In this document: positions 1 to 9,568 of the stretch, piece after piece
How the letters are laid out: each line of letters begins with the position of its first letter
Position numbering within the stretch: position 1 is the first letter of the stretch
Virus record (IMG/VR): IMGVR_UViG_3300013744_000001
Coordinates: 12,475-76,474 of that record
Reading direction: 5' to 3' (one strand)
From: a virus
Length of the DNA stretch: 64,000 nucleotides
Program-made: the position numbers and the translations under genes
Notes under the pieces: model-generated
The model's input: the letters and a program-made list of their open reading frames with translations, nothing else
Told to the model about the DNA's origin: nothing
The model's database searches: none

Positions 1-324
1 GAGGAAGCACAGGCACAGCCAGAAGAAGATGACGATGACGATGACGATCTGTTCAACTTCATCTCTGTCCCGGAGATCAGAACCATATACGCCAAGCAAC
101 AGCACGAAGAGAACGTAGCCGAGCAGATGCAACAAGAGCCAGAGCCGGAGAAGAAGCCGGAGGAAAAGAAGGCCGAGAAGAAATCGTTTCTGGAAACGTT
201 TATAAACGGCGGAGAAGAGAAGAAGGAGCCGGAGATTCAACACGACAAGTCGATAACCGATCCTTTCGAATCCGACCTTGACCGTTTCCCCGATGTCTTT
301 GACAGCGGCGAACACAAGTTTTGA
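1..324 (+). CDS. partial CDS (5' end outside window); acidic Glu/Lys/Asp-rich protein of unknown function
   Basis: Frame 1 is open from base 1 to the stop at 322-324; the translation includes 'EEDDDDDDLFNF...EPEPEKKPEEKKAEKK'. Continuous with ORF 127..324 in the track. Confidence 0.35.
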   Translation, partial: EEAQAQPEEDDDDDDDLFNFISVPEIRTIYAKQQHEENVAEQMQQEPEPEKKPEEKKAEKKSFLETFINGGEEKKEPEIQHDKSITDPFESDLDRFPDVFDSGEHKF

Positions 325-340
325 CAAACGGGGCACAGCC

Positions 341-721
341 ATGATAACCATGACCGTCAGGGAGTTGGCCGAATACTGCGGGGTCTCGAAGACGGCAGCC
401 AGAAACAGGCTTATGCGCTACGAGTTGGGTCAGCTGACTGAAGAGCAGGTGTTGACAAAAGGCAAGATGAAAACTCGCAGCAGAGAGTCACACGGGAGAA
501 AGCCGCAGAGAAAGACAGATGGTCAGGGCACAGCCGAATGGCGAAGATTGAAGAACGAGCCACGAGGCGCAGACAAAAGCGAGAAGGCATTTGATAAATC
601 GCTCAGCGATGAAAAGATACAGCAACTCTGGCGCGACGATAAGAAATGGGCAAAGTCGCATGGTGTAAGCTTTGAAGAATCAGCAAACAGGAGACAACAT
701 GAACAGGAAGGATTCGATTGA
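341..721 (+). CDS. small helix-turn-helix DNA-binding protein (putative transcriptional regulator)
   Basis: In frame with track ORF 278..721. ATG at 341 gives 'MITMTVRELAEYCGVSKTAARNRLMRYELGQLTEEQ', which looks like an HTH. Confidence 0.4.
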   Translation: MITMTVRELAEYCGVSKTAARNRLMRYELGQLTEEQVLTKGKMKTRSRESHGRKPQRKTDGQGTAEWRRLKNEPRGADKSEKAFDKSLSDEKIQQLWRDDKKWAKSHGVSFEESANRRQHEQEGFD

Positions 722-2636
722 CAGCAGTATCGTACATTTGCAGGCTATTGTCAGCATCATCGACTTCGATGACAGGAGTCAGACGACGGAGCTTTTACGA
801 CAGGCCGCTTTAAGCAAGCTGACCGAGGTACAGAAACTGATAGCAGGTGATGACCATGAAACAGGACAGCGGCGAGTTGCAACCAAGAAATCTGATGATA
901 CAGCCGATCAAAGTTTTTCGTTTGTTGCGCCGGATACTTCGGAAGCTGAAGAGCCGGCACCCAAGGCAGAGCCCGAAGTAAAAACAGTAGAGCCACCCAA
1001 GGCAGAGCCCGAGCCGGCACCTGCAATTATTGCTCAGGCCAAACAGGCCATCGAGAAAGCGACGAAGGCCGAGGCTGGGAGCGACGGCGGAAATCTTTGG
1101 GAGGAGTTGCAGGAGAGTAACAGACAGGCTGCGCCGGCACCAGAGCCGGAGCCTGCACTTGCACCCAAACGGCGCAGGAAACGGCGCACCAAAGCAGAGA
1201 TCGAAGCTGAAGACGTTGCCACAATACCAGTTGCTGACGAAGAGCTCAGAGAAAGACTGGAAGCTGAGACACAGGCTAAAGCAGAAGCAGAGGCGCAAGC
1301 TAAAGCGGAATCAGAGCCACAGACTGAGCCGCAGGCAGACACTGTATCTGTCAACAGTGACGATGCTGACTGGATTGCCATGTTGGAGGAGAACAAGGAG
1401 CCGGAGGCAACGACTGAAGATGGCAATGAAATCGTCGATGCCGATGTCGAGCAGAAAGAGTACACCGCGAAACTGGCCAGGGCAAACGAGAGCAGCGTCA
1501 AAGCGGCTGATGCACGGGATGCGCTCAGGCAGAAGACCACAGATCAGGCACTTCAGATGCTCAATCAACGGCTGGAGGATCCGGAGATTGCCGAGCGATT
1601 TCGTAACAAGGGTACGGACGTCAAGGGAAGTGCCGGCTGGGAGTATCGTGGCTCTGTGCAGGAGGATAGCGGCCTCAGTGAGGAGGCGGAAGCGGTACGT
1701 GATGAGATTTTTGTCCGCCCCACTCTGGACACGGTGAGTGTGTCGGAGATTGTGGTCGAGGGTACCAGGCAACCAGCTTTCACACCGACTGTGCTCTATG
1801 CCGACAAGACAGGCAGGGTGACTGACTTGGCTCCGCGCCCTGTGCTTGGGAAGAAGTATACGCTGACTACACCTCAAGGTGCACGGATCGCATCGCTTCT
1901 GGCCAAACGGACACCGCCCAGGTCAAAGCTAATGGCCAAGGCCGAGGCAATGTTCCTGCCCCTTATGACGAAGTTTATCATCGATCCCAAGGATGCGCTC
2001 TGGGAACCCTATGACCCCGAGCGTTACAAATACCCTGAGAGCGAAAGAGACAAAGACAAGAAGGTTATACGTGTAACGTCGGAGACGATGCGTAACAAGT
2101 CGTACCTGGAAAACATTGCAAACATTACTGACGACTTTATCAAGGCAAACGATGTAACAGCCATCGAGGTGGCCAGAAGCATTCCCAAACAGGGCAATCA
2201 TCCTCTGTACAAGAGACCGTATTCCTTCCTCTCTTGTCTGTCGGGCACAGAGGCTGGGCCCTATGTTGCAGTGCTCAGGTCTTATACCAACTACATGGCT
2301 GATCCACTCTTCCTCTTCGATACACAGCGGATCACAGAGGCAAGGCACATCGGTATCTGGATGCCCACGGTTACCTGTGAGGAACATAACTTCGATCTCA
2401 GGGCCACAACGCTTGACGACTTCAAGGCAGAGTGTGGCGGGTGGCCTGCGCCCCACAAGTCTTCCGTGCTCTGGCGCATGTACCGTGACGGAACCATGGA
2501 AGAGTTTATTCAGTACTGCGATCCGACGGGCGAATTGCTCTGCATGATGATGACGGTACACGTTTGCGAGCGCTTGTACGAAAATATGAAGGTTATGATC
2601 GAGCGCTCGAAACTTATGCGTGTACCATTCATCTGA
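672..2636 (+). CDS. hypothetical protein, 654 aa; N-terminal half has low-complexity PEPA/KAE-rich repeats, C-terminal ~300 aa globular domain unknown
   Basis: Long ORF. Repeated 'PKAEPE' and 'AEAQAKAE' segments, with the DNA repeat 'cccaaggcagagcccga' at ~961-976 and ~997-1012. No recognisable catalytic motif. Confidence 0.5.
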   Translation: MKNQQTGDNMNRKDSIDSSIVHLQAIVSIIDFDDRSQTTELLRQAALSKLTEVQKLIAGDDHETGQRRVATKKSDDTADQSFSFVAPDTSEAEEPAPKAEPEVKTVEPPKAEPEPAPAIIAQAKQAIEKATKAEAGSDGGNLWEELQESNRQAAPAPEPEPALAPKRRRKRRTKAEIEAEDVATIPVADEELRERLEAETQAKAEAEAQAKAESEPQTEPQADTVSVNSDDADWIAMLEENKEPEATTEDGNEIVDADVEQKEYTAKLARANESSVKAADARDALRQKTTDQALQMLNQRLEDPEIAERFRNKGTDVKGSAGWEYRGSVQEDSGLSEEAEAVRDEIFVRPTLDTVSVSEIVVEGTRQPAFTPTVLYADKTGRVTDLAPRPVLGKKYTLTTPQGARIASLLAKRTPPRSKLMAKAEAMFLPLMTKFIIDPKDALWEPYDPERYKYPESERDKDKKVIRVTSETMRNKSYLENIANITDDFIKANDVTAIEVARSIPKQGNHPLYKRPYSFLSCLSGTEAGPYVAVLRSYTNYMADPLFLFDTQRITEARHIGIWMPTVTCEEHNFDLRATTLDDFKAECGGWPAPHKSSVLWRMYRDGTMEEFIQYCDPTGELLCMMMTVHVCERLYENMKVMIERSKLMRVPFI

Positions 2637-2686
2637 GTTATTCATCTGAATAATTGGACAGGGATCAAACTTTGGAGGAGAAAGAC

Positions 2687-3922
2687 ATGTCACATTTGGA
2701 ACAACTCTCAGACTGGTTGCAGGCGCATCCGGTACCGAAACATGGTCACGCATATCTTTCTCCTTCCTCCTTCGCCAGATATTTGAAATGTCCGGTGAGT
2801 GCGAGGAGGGAGAGTGTAGTCGAACAACGACGACTGTACCTGTGCGATTTTCTGGCCAACTCGCCGGACTACGACGTGACGGCGAAGAATCTCATGCAGG
2901 TGGAGACCGAAGCTGCGGATGATGGGAGCTTTTGTCACAGAATATTCGAGGATCTGACCAGAGATACTTCGCTTCTGGCAGAGAACAAAGACCCGATGGC
3001 CGAGACTCAGCGGCTCATTACCTTCTTCCTCAAGCGCTATGGTGCTACGGAGGCTTTGCAGGATGATCTCCAATTCAGGAGTGACTTCGCAAAGCAGATT
3101 CTCTGGGTCAAAGAGATTCTGAAGAAGGCTCTGTGGTTCAGAAACGAGGTACGTATCCCTCTGGTCGGCATGGGTGTCTGGGGTACAGCAGACCTGGTCT
3201 TTGAAACGGAGGATCGTATTCATATCTATGACCTCAAGACCGGTAGGCTTGAAGTAAGCGCAGAGAACAACGAACAATTTATGACCTATGCTGTGGGCAT
3301 CATGGATGCCATTGACTGGGATGTAAAGGACATTGAATTCGGCGTAGTCGGTGTACGTTTTGAATCCAATACCTTCCTCATGAGCGCAGAGAAGCTGAAG
3401 GTATGGAAGGAGGATGTGCTCAGACCCGGTATTGCCGAGGCTCACAACCCCGGAGCTGCACCGCTGCCGGGCCTGCATTGTATGCACTGCACGGCCAAGC
3501 AGTTCTGCAAAGCCTGGTTCGACATGGCCAAAGAGACACTCGATAGAAACATGCAGGTTTTCGACAGTGACCATGGCTTTGCAGAGCGAGACAATACGGA
3601 GCTGATCGACGCCTACATCTGGGCAAAGCAGGTGGAGAAATTCACGAACGATATGAAGAACGAGATAGCCCTGCGCTTCGAAGGTCTCTCCGATATCGAG
3701 TCCGACGGTCGTGTCCGCTACGTCAGACCGAAGCCTATCGCCAAGTACAAGGATGAGAAGGCTGCGGCAAAGTATCTGGAGGAAAACTTCCCCATTCAGG
3801 CGGAGGAGTTTGTGGTCAAAAAAGCTGTCAACCCGGCGCTTTTGAAGGAAGTAGTTGTTGACAAGGTGTACGATGATCTGGTAGAAGTGGAGTCACGGAA
3901 GCCGTACATCAAACTTGCATGA
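2687..3922 (+). CDS. Cas4-like / RecB-family PD-(D/E)xK exonuclease with Fe-S cysteine cluster
   Basis: 'ADLVFETEDRIHIYDLKTGR' (D...E-x-K core with the 'IYDLKTG' signature), 'EQFMTYAVG' (QxxxY motif), C-terminal 'CMHCTAKQFC' (CxxCx5C) plus an N-terminal Cys. GGAGGAG RBS 6 nt upstream of the ATG at 2687, so the 2654 start is rejected. Confidence 0.7.
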   Translation: MSHLEQLSDWLQAHPVPKHGHAYLSPSSFARYLKCPVSARRESVVEQRRLYLCDFLANSPDYDVTAKNLMQVETEAADDGSFCHRIFEDLTRDTSLLAENKDPMAETQRLITFFLKRYGATEALQDDLQFRSDFAKQILWVKEILKKALWFRNEVRIPLVGMGVWGTADLVFETEDRIHIYDLKTGRLEVSAENNEQFMTYAVGIMDAIDWDVKDIEFGVVGVRFESNTFLMSAEKLKVWKEDVLRPGIAEAHNPGAAPLPGLHCMHCTAKQFCKAWFDMAKETLDRNMQVFDSDHGFAERDNTELIDAYIWAKQVEKFTNDMKNEIALRFEGLSDIESDGRVRYVRPKPIAKYKDEKAAAKYLEENFPIQAEEFVVKKAVNPALLKEVVVDKVYDDLVEVESRKPYIKLA

Positions 3923-4239
3923 GGACCAGCATGGATGCGAGGGAAATGCACCAGATGATCCGGGAAATTCGGGCCGATTTATACTCCGCAGCAGACGTGT
4001 TTAACATGCTTTCGCTTGACGGCTTTGATATCGAAAGCTCGGGCTTTGGTCAAAGTACTATCAGGACCAATACCAAGTTCTCTGCTATGGCCAGCCTGGC
4101 CAGAACTTTATTGCGAGACCTGGCCAAGGTGCGCAAAGAGTTCAACAAGGCTTCTCTGACAATAGCCAGAGAAGGCATCGAGCAACGGAGGAAGGAAAGA
4201 ATTCAACGACAAGGAGGTAAACTGACAACTGAGACCTGA
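3919..4239 (+). CDS. hypothetical protein (106 aa)
   Basis: ORF start-overlaps the previous stop (ATGA-type coupling); no recognisable motif. Confidence 0.4.
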   Translation: MRTSMDAREMHQMIREIRADLYSAADVFNMLSLDGFDIESSGFGQSTIRTNTKFSAMASLARTLLRDLAKVRKEFNKASLTIAREGIEQRRKERIQRQGGKLTTET

Positions 4240-4240
4240 G

Positions 4241-4282
4241 ATTGTACCGATTGAAATTGAAATTGTACCGATTGAAATTAAG
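4241..4282 (+). repeat. tandem direct repeat 2 x 21 bp 'ATTGTACCGATTGAAATTGAA' immediately upstream of the SSB-like gene start
   Basis: Copies at ~4241-4259 and ~4262-4280. A 21-bp period equals two helical turns, so this may be a protein-binding or translational operator site. Confidence 0.6.
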
Positions 4283-4307
4283 ACTGTATCAACTGATGAG
4301 GATCGCT

Positions 4308-5012
4308 ATGAAGAAAGGAACTGTTATTGTTTGTGACGCCGCTGCTGGTATTATTCAGCTCAACAACGTGCGCATGGTCTTTGCCCGTTTGTGGGTACCG
4401 AACGTGTATCAGGGCAAGACTACGGGTCGGCAGACGGCTGTGTTCTCTTTCACGCGCGAGGAGGCACAGGAGTTGAAGAAGGCGATGGACGTGGCACTAA
4501 ATATCATGCGGAAGGTTGATCCCAACGTACAGCGGGTCTCCGATGCCACGGACAATCGCTTTCCGGCATGGGAAGATAAGAAAACTCACGAAAAATCTAT
4601 GCAGCTCAAAACTAGTAATTCTGAGGCTTATCCTGCGAATTATATTGATAATAAAGGTTTTATCGTACGCAATCCTTCGGAAGCATATGAGAAATATTTC
4701 TACGCAGGTTGCCGAGTGAACGCCAAGTTGCAGTTCACTGCCAGTCCCTCCAACAGGAGTAAGGGTAAGGTCGATCTGTGGTCGAACCTTATCGCCATTC
4801 AGTTCGCCGCTCACGATACTCCCATCGGTGGGATGAGTGACGAGGCAATTACTGATGGCTTCGGAGCTGTGGACGTGGAGCTGCCGGGCGGAACGCCGGT
4901 GCAGAACGAAACGAGGATTCAGGATGCCCCCGCTTCGGCAGCTCCACAATCCACGCAGAGCAATTCCGCTCAGGTTTCGGGCGACGATTTCTTCGCCGAG
5001 TTCGAGAGCTGA
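4308..5012 (+). CDS. putative phage single-stranded DNA-binding protein (acidic C-terminal tail)
   Basis: ATG at 4308 has a 'TGAGGA' RBS. Protein 'MKKGTVIVCDAAAGIIQLNNVRMVFARLWVPNVYQGK...' ends '...GDDFFAEFES', an acidic/aromatic tail like SSBs. It sits next to the Cas4-like nuclease, which is typical of a recombination module. The functional call is inference. Confidence 0.45.
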   Translation: MKKGTVIVCDAAAGIIQLNNVRMVFARLWVPNVYQGKTTGRQTAVFSFTREEAQELKKAMDVALNIMRKVDPNVQRVSDATDNRFPAWEDKKTHEKSMQLKTSNSEAYPANYIDNKGFIVRNPSEAYEKYFYAGCRVNAKLQFTASPSNRSKGKVDLWSNLIAIQFAAHDTPIGGMSDEAITDGFGAVDVELPGGTPVQNETRIQDAPASAAPQSTQSNSAQVSGDDFFAEFES

Positions 5013-5049
5013 GTCGAGCTGATTAATCAACCATGACCATGACCATGGT

Positions 5050-5078
5050 TCATCGAGCCATGGTCATTACATCCCGAC
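5050..5078 (+). other. hairpin (10-bp stem 'ATGACCATGG'/'CCATGGTCAT', 9-nt loop) just downstream of the SSB-like gene stop
   Basis: Inverted repeat seen directly; no U-tract follows, so it is more likely an RNA-stability or attenuation element than an intrinsic terminator. Confidence 0.45.
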
Positions 5079-5087
5079 GAGCGCCGT

Positions 5088-5417
5088 ATGGACAGACACG
5101 AATACAATGCATTCGTCGAAGGTCTGACGGCGCTTTTTCAAAAGCACGGATTGGACGCCGACTGCTCCGACTTGATTCTTCAGGCGGGCGTCGGCGTCAC
5201 CGAGTCTTACATGCATGACCTTGGCATCGCAGTCGATCTGCACAACGACAGAGTTTATGTGAGTGTTCTGGACGATGGTGTAGGCGAGGACTACGCCAGA
5301 GAGAAGGTACAGCTCTTCGCCCGCATGCTTAAGCGTCGTATCGACTGGATGCAGAACAGGATGCGGAAAAACGAAGCTACGGATTCAGGGAGCTGTGATG
5401 AAGGAAATAATTTATGA
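5088..5417 (+). CDS. hypothetical protein (109 aa)
   Basis: ORF between the SSB and the polymerase; weak RBS; overlaps the polymerase start by ~20 nt. Confidence 0.35.
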   Translation: MDRHEYNAFVEGLTALFQKHGLDADCSDLILQAGVGVTESYMHDLGIAVDLHNDRVYVSVLDDGVGEDYAREKVQLFARMLKRRIDWMQNRMRKNEATDSGSCDEGNNL

Positions 5418-7446
5418 CCTCGAGGTCATGCCCAATATCTTTCTTGCCGGATTCTACGACCCTGCGAGAGACAAGTGTCTGTTCTTCGAAATGTCACCTT
5501 TCCACAACCATTATCACATGCTGATTCAGTACCTGGAGTATCTGAAGAAACAGGACGTGGTCATGGTGGGGTTTAACAATTACTCTTACGACTACCCTGT
5601 CCTTCATTCTCTCCTCCATCTGACCGAAGACAGACTGGCAGTGCCCAGAGCATGGAAGAAGAGTTGTGATATTATTGGCTCCATGAAAAAGGGTGACAGA
5701 TTTGGGCATGTGATCTGGGACAGAGACATGCACATTCCACAGCTCGATCTTTTCAAGCTGCACCATTTTGACAACAAGACCAAGACTGTATCACTGAAGC
5801 GTCTGGAGTTTAACATGCGGCGCAAAGACATTGTTGAATATACCGAAGGTTTTGACTACATGTTAACAAGTGAGGAAGAGATTCGACAACTCAAGGAGTA
5901 CAACCGCTCTGATCTTCTGGCCACGGCCCAGTTCAGGCAGATGAGCGAAGAAGCTGTGTCGTTCAGGGAAACATTGATCCCGGAGTTTGGCATCGAGGTC
6001 CTGAATTACAACGACACCAAGATCGGGGAGAAACTGATTCAGAAGCGACTGGAAGAGCAGTTTGGTTTGGGAGCACTCTATGACTTCGAGGAAGATGAGT
6101 CGGGCGTTTGCCGCAGGAAACCCAAGCAAAGTTTCAAAGAGTACGTCGATCTGAAGGACATTGTCTTTGACAGGGTGTTTCAGTTCGAGGTTCCCGTGTT
6201 TCGAAAGGTGTTTCAGTTTATGAAGACGCTTCGCATCTTCATTCTGGGTGCTCGTTATGAATGGTCGGACAAGCCTGACTACCTGAAGATGCAGAAACTC
6301 ATCGAGCGATGCAAGGTGGAGTTGGACAGGCTGGACAGAAAGTCGGAAGCATACAGGGAATTGAAAGAACAGATTGCAAAACTTAAGGAAATATATCAGG
6401 ATTACAACATCTCCGTTGTCCATGACGATGTAAGCTTCGAGTTTGGGAAGGGTGGTCTGCATGCCGCCAGACCGTGGAGCGCATTCAGAGCGACGGAGGA
6501 GTATAAAATCGTAGACGTTGACGTGGCATCCTTCTACCCTTCGATCGCTATCGAATACCGGATGCACCCCGAACATCTGCCGGTTGAGTTTACAGACATT
6601 TACGGAGCACTCAAGAAGGAACGCATTCTGTACAAGAAGACTGATCCTGCCAGAGCCAAGATGTTGAAGCTGGCTTTGAACGGAACCTACGGCAAGACCA
6701 ACAGCGTGTACTCTATGCTGTATGATCCCGAGTATAGTTTACGTACTGTAATAAACGGGCAACTGATGCTTCTCATGTTGTGGGACATGCTGACGACCTC
6801 CCTTTCGACTGTTAAGTTGATACAGGCCAATACAGATGGCATCACATACTGGATTGCAAACGAAGAGATTCAGGCCGCGCAGGAGATATGTGTTAAATGG
6901 GAACGCATGACGCGGATGGAGCTTGAGTTTGCAGAGTATCAGAGTATGTTTGTCAGGGACGTAAACAACTATGTAGCCCTTGGCCTTGATGGCAAGATCA
7001 AGGCCAAGGGCGCATACAACTGGAGCGAATTGTACAGGGACAATGCGTCTGGGATAGCCTGGCACAAGAACCACAGTGCGGTTATCATTCCCATGGCTGC
7101 GACGGAAGCGCTTGTGCACGGCGAGGATGTGGGAAACTTCATTCGGTCACATGACAATGTATATGACTTCTTCGCCTGCACGAACGTCAACCGGTCATCG
7201 CGTCTGCTCTGGGGCAACGACGAGGTTCAGAGGAACACAAGGTATCTGGTCAGCAAGGAAGGAAAAAACTTTACAAAAATAATGCCTCCGACCAAATCCA
7301 AACCTGACCTCGAACGTGCCATCAGAGTGAACGCGGGCCAGAACGTTACGCCGTGGAACACTGTGGAAAGCGGCAACGCCTCGGACTATGACATTGACTA
7401 TGATTGGTACATAGCCGAGGCGTTGAAGCTGATAGAGGGTTTTTAA
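5395..7446 (+). CDS. DNA polymerase, family B (compact, 683 aa) with 3'-5' exonuclease motifs
   Basis: Exo I 'IYDLEV', Exo II 'GFNNYSYDYPVL', Exo III 'YNRSD'. Pol motif A 'DVDVASFYPSIAI' (DxxSLYPS), motif B 'KLALNGTYGKTNSVYS' (Kx3NSxYG-like), motif C-like 'QANTDGITYW', and a KxY-like 'KAKGAY'. GGGAG RBS. Confidence 0.8.
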   Translation: MMKEIIYDLEVMPNIFLAGFYDPARDKCLFFEMSPFHNHYHMLIQYLEYLKKQDVVMVGFNNYSYDYPVLHSLLHLTEDRLAVPRAWKKSCDIIGSMKKGDRFGHVIWDRDMHIPQLDLFKLHHFDNKTKTVSLKRLEFNMRRKDIVEYTEGFDYMLTSEEEIRQLKEYNRSDLLATAQFRQMSEEAVSFRETLIPEFGIEVLNYNDTKIGEKLIQKRLEEQFGLGALYDFEEDESGVCRRKPKQSFKEYVDLKDIVFDRVFQFEVPVFRKVFQFMKTLRIFILGARYEWSDKPDYLKMQKLIERCKVELDRLDRKSEAYRELKEQIAKLKEIYQDYNISVVHDDVSFEFGKGGLHAARPWSAFRATEEYKIVDVDVASFYPSIAIEYRMHPEHLPVEFTDIYGALKKERILYKKTDPARAKMLKLALNGTYGKTNSVYSMLYDPEYSLRTVINGQLMLLMLWDMLTTSLSTVKLIQANTDGITYWIANEEIQAAQEICVKWERMTRMELEFAEYQSMFVRDVNNYVALGLDGKIKAKGAYNWSELYRDNASGIAWHKNHSAVIIPMAATEALVHGEDVGNFIRSHDNVYDFFACTNVNRSSRLLWGNDEVQRNTRYLVSKEGKNFTKIMPPTKSKPDLERAIRVNAGQNVTPWNTVESGNASDYDIDYDWYIAEALKLIEGF

Positions 7447-7632
7447 CAGCAGTCCTCATTAACTTTTTCTTATGGGAGATTTACCATGGAAACAATCCGG
7501 CGATGCGTTAAGTGCGCTAGATTCCGACGAAAAAATGACTATATCTAATACCGATAGTCATTCGGGCGAACGTGGCGGAGCACAAAGTTATTTCATCGTG
7601 AACGAGTCTGTGCTGAAAGAATTTGAGTTGCT

Positions 7633-8136
7633 GTGACACAAGGTAAAGAGGAGAACAACGTGACTGTGATGATTGGAAGAGAGTTGACCTGCCCCTTTGT
7701 GGGCAGGATCCCCGCACGGATGAATGAGGCGGCTTTTCGTAAAGGCTGTCTGGCGTGTCAGCAGAAGGCAAAGCTCAGAAAGCAGGCACTCTGGGGCTTT
7801 GTCGATGCGTCGGAGGTCAGGAAGTATGCAATGTGTCATAGCTGTAAAGTGGGCAAGGACATTGAATCAGGGAAAGAGTTTGTTCCTCTCCCGAATGTGA
7901 CCATTGTCAGAGACGATACGCTTCGTTTTCAGCATGCAGAGACGGTGTGCACAGAAATAAAGCGCAGGTTTGTGGAAGAAGGGATGGACAAAGCATTGGC
8001 CCATATGATAAGAACAATCAAGACACAAACAAATGAAGCGCTCAGTGTCAGAAAGATGTCGGTGTTGACCGGTGTGCCCAGGCGTTCGCTTCGGGCTATT
8101 CTTGCAAACGAGAGATGGAAGGAGGAAACGGCATGA
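7633..8136 (+). CDS. hypothetical Cys-rich protein (start uncertain: GTG at ~7660 or ATG at ~7669 have better RBS context)
   Basis: ORF with 'CPFVG...CLACQQ...CHSCKVGKD' cysteine pairs, suggesting a zinc ribbon; AGAGGAG lies upstream of the internal GTG. Confidence 0.4.
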   Translation: MTQGKEENNVTVMIGRELTCPFVGRIPARMNEAAFRKGCLACQQKAKLRKQALWGFVDASEVRKYAMCHSCKVGKDIESGKEFVPLPNVTIVRDDTLRFQHAETVCTEIKRRFVEEGMDKALAHMIRTIKTQTNEALSVRKMSVLTGVPRRSLRAILANERWKEETA

Positions 8137-8849
8137 GAATTGTTGACCAGAAGGCAACGATTGAGGACTGGACGAAGATGACTTTGTTCGAACGTGTCGA
8201 GCGAGCAGGGCGCATCTGTTACAATACGATGAACAAGATCGCTCTGGGCACAGCAGAGCCTTTCGTTCTGGGTCTGATCGAGCGCAGGCATTACTCACCT
8301 CTGGAGTTCGGCAGGTTCACGACAGCAGACGGCAAAGATCTGAGTATCAGAGAAGCTCTGCGACTTGACATGCATGACTGGAAAACCGCCACACCTTCCG
8401 ACCTCTGGATACCTGTGCACATTGTGACCAGCAGAGCGGTGTCCCACGAACTGGTTAGACATAAACACTGGGTTGCTTTCATGCAGGAGAGTCAGCGCTA
8501 TGTTAAATTTGGCAGACACATTCCCTTTATTCGTCCGTCTGCATTCTTCAAGCCTGGCTCACCTGCCGAGGACAACTGGGTCGAAGCCATGTTGGTTGCG
8601 GAGGAAGGGTACAACGAAGCCATTCGTGAGAAACAAAGTCCACAGGCTGCACGTCTTGTTCTTCCTAACAGCACGGCGACAAATATTCTGGTCTACGCAC
8701 ATCCCGAGGAGTGGGCCTATATCTTTCGACTGCGTTGCAGCGCAGCCGCAGATCCCGGCATGCGGGAGCTGATGATACCGCTCAAGGAAGAAATGCTGGC
8801 CAGAGGCTTTGTAACACCCACCATGATCGAGCAGGCGGGGAGCTACTGA
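8133..8849 (+). CDS. thyX: flavin-dependent thymidylate synthase ThyX
   Basis: 'RHYSPLEFG' and the ThyX signature 'RHKHWVAFMQESQRYV' (RHRx7-8S). GGAGG RBS; ATGA overlap with the upstream stop; 238 aa. Confidence 0.75.
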   Translation: MRIVDQKATIEDWTKMTLFERVERAGRICYNTMNKIALGTAEPFVLGLIERRHYSPLEFGRFTTADGKDLSIREALRLDMHDWKTATPSDLWIPVHIVTSRAVSHELVRHKHWVAFMQESQRYVKFGRHIPFIRPSAFFKPGSPAEDNWVEAMLVAEEGYNEAIREKQSPQAARLVLPNSTATNILVYAHPEEWAYIFRLRCSAAADPGMRELMIPLKEEMLARGFVTPTMIEQAGSY

Positions 8850-9009
8850 TGACAACTTTGCCTTTTGTCTTTGTTCGTTGCCCTTTGCAACGTACTATGA
8901 TTGCTATCGAGAAGTGCATGCAAACACACAGGAAGCGGGATTGCATGTCCAGTGAATGTGCACCCAGATGCGAGTTGGCCATGAAGCGACTGGCCAGAGG
9001 GAAGCAGTC

Positions 9010-9294
9010 ATGAAGGAAAGCGAACTGGAACAGGAATGTTGCAAGTTGGCGTGGACCTTTGGTTGGAGCAATCTCAAAGGGTTCGGTCGCAGTGGTGGGG
9101 CAGACAGAATCTTCTTTAGAAAAGGCAGATGTTTCTTCGTTGAATTCAAGGTGGGCCACAACAAACAGAGCGGCAGGCAGGTAAATGAAGAGTTGCTTTG
9201 TCAGGAAAATGGTACATCGTATACTGTGGTGCGAAGCCTGATGGAGATGCGAAACGTTCTTTTACAACAGGAAGCAAGGGAGGAAGTACAATGA
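9010..9294 (+). CDS. VRR-NUC domain nuclease (PD-(D/E)xK)
   Basis: 'GGADRIFFRKGRCFFVEFKVGHNKQS' matches the VRR-NUC D...E-x-K core; GAGGGAAG RBS before the ATG at 9010. Confidence 0.6.
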   Translation: MKESELEQECCKLAWTFGWSNLKGFGRSGGADRIFFRKGRCFFVEFKVGHNKQSGRQVNEELLCQENGTSYTVVRSLMEMRNVLLQQEAREEVQ

Positions 9295-9530
9295 TGACAC
9301 TACTCAAGGTATTATTTGGTATCTGGTATGCAGGGTTCTTTGCGGGCTTCGGTCTGTATCTTTTCAAATATTGTGATTATATTTTGCACAGGGATTATTA
9401 TCTTTCCGACAAACATCTGCGCGAGCTGTATATCCACGACCATCAGCCCATGATGATCCTGAGGAATTGGCTCTTCTACTGTTGTCTTTCGTGGTATGGT
9501 GTGTGGTCCTTCATTGCCAAAGATGACTGA
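9291..9530 (+). CDS. small membrane protein (2 predicted TM helices)
   Basis: 'MMTLLKVLFGIWYAGFFAGFGLYLF...NWLFYCCLSWYGVWSFIA'; strong GGGAGGAAG RBS; ATGA overlap with the VRR-NUC stop. Confidence 0.5.
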   Translation: MMTLLKVLFGIWYAGFFAGFGLYLFKYCDYILHRDYYLSDKHLRELYIHDHQPMMILRNWLFYCCLSWYGVWSFIAKDD

Positions 9531-9568
9531 GTGATTGAGTAATCGAGCAGGTAATAACCACCGGGATA

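Noticed and set aside
757-1877. Minus-strand ORFs overlapping the 672..2636 gene
   Set aside because: Low-complexity antisense frames caused by the PEPA-encoding repeats.
7447-7632. 21-codon mini-ORF with CxxC ('MetGluThrIleArgArgCysValLysCysAlaArgPhe...') plus a 9-bp inverted repeat 'AATGACTAT..ATAGTCATT' downstream of the polymerase gene
   Set aside because: Too short to support as a gene without comparative evidence; noted as possible regulatory RNA or leader peptide only.
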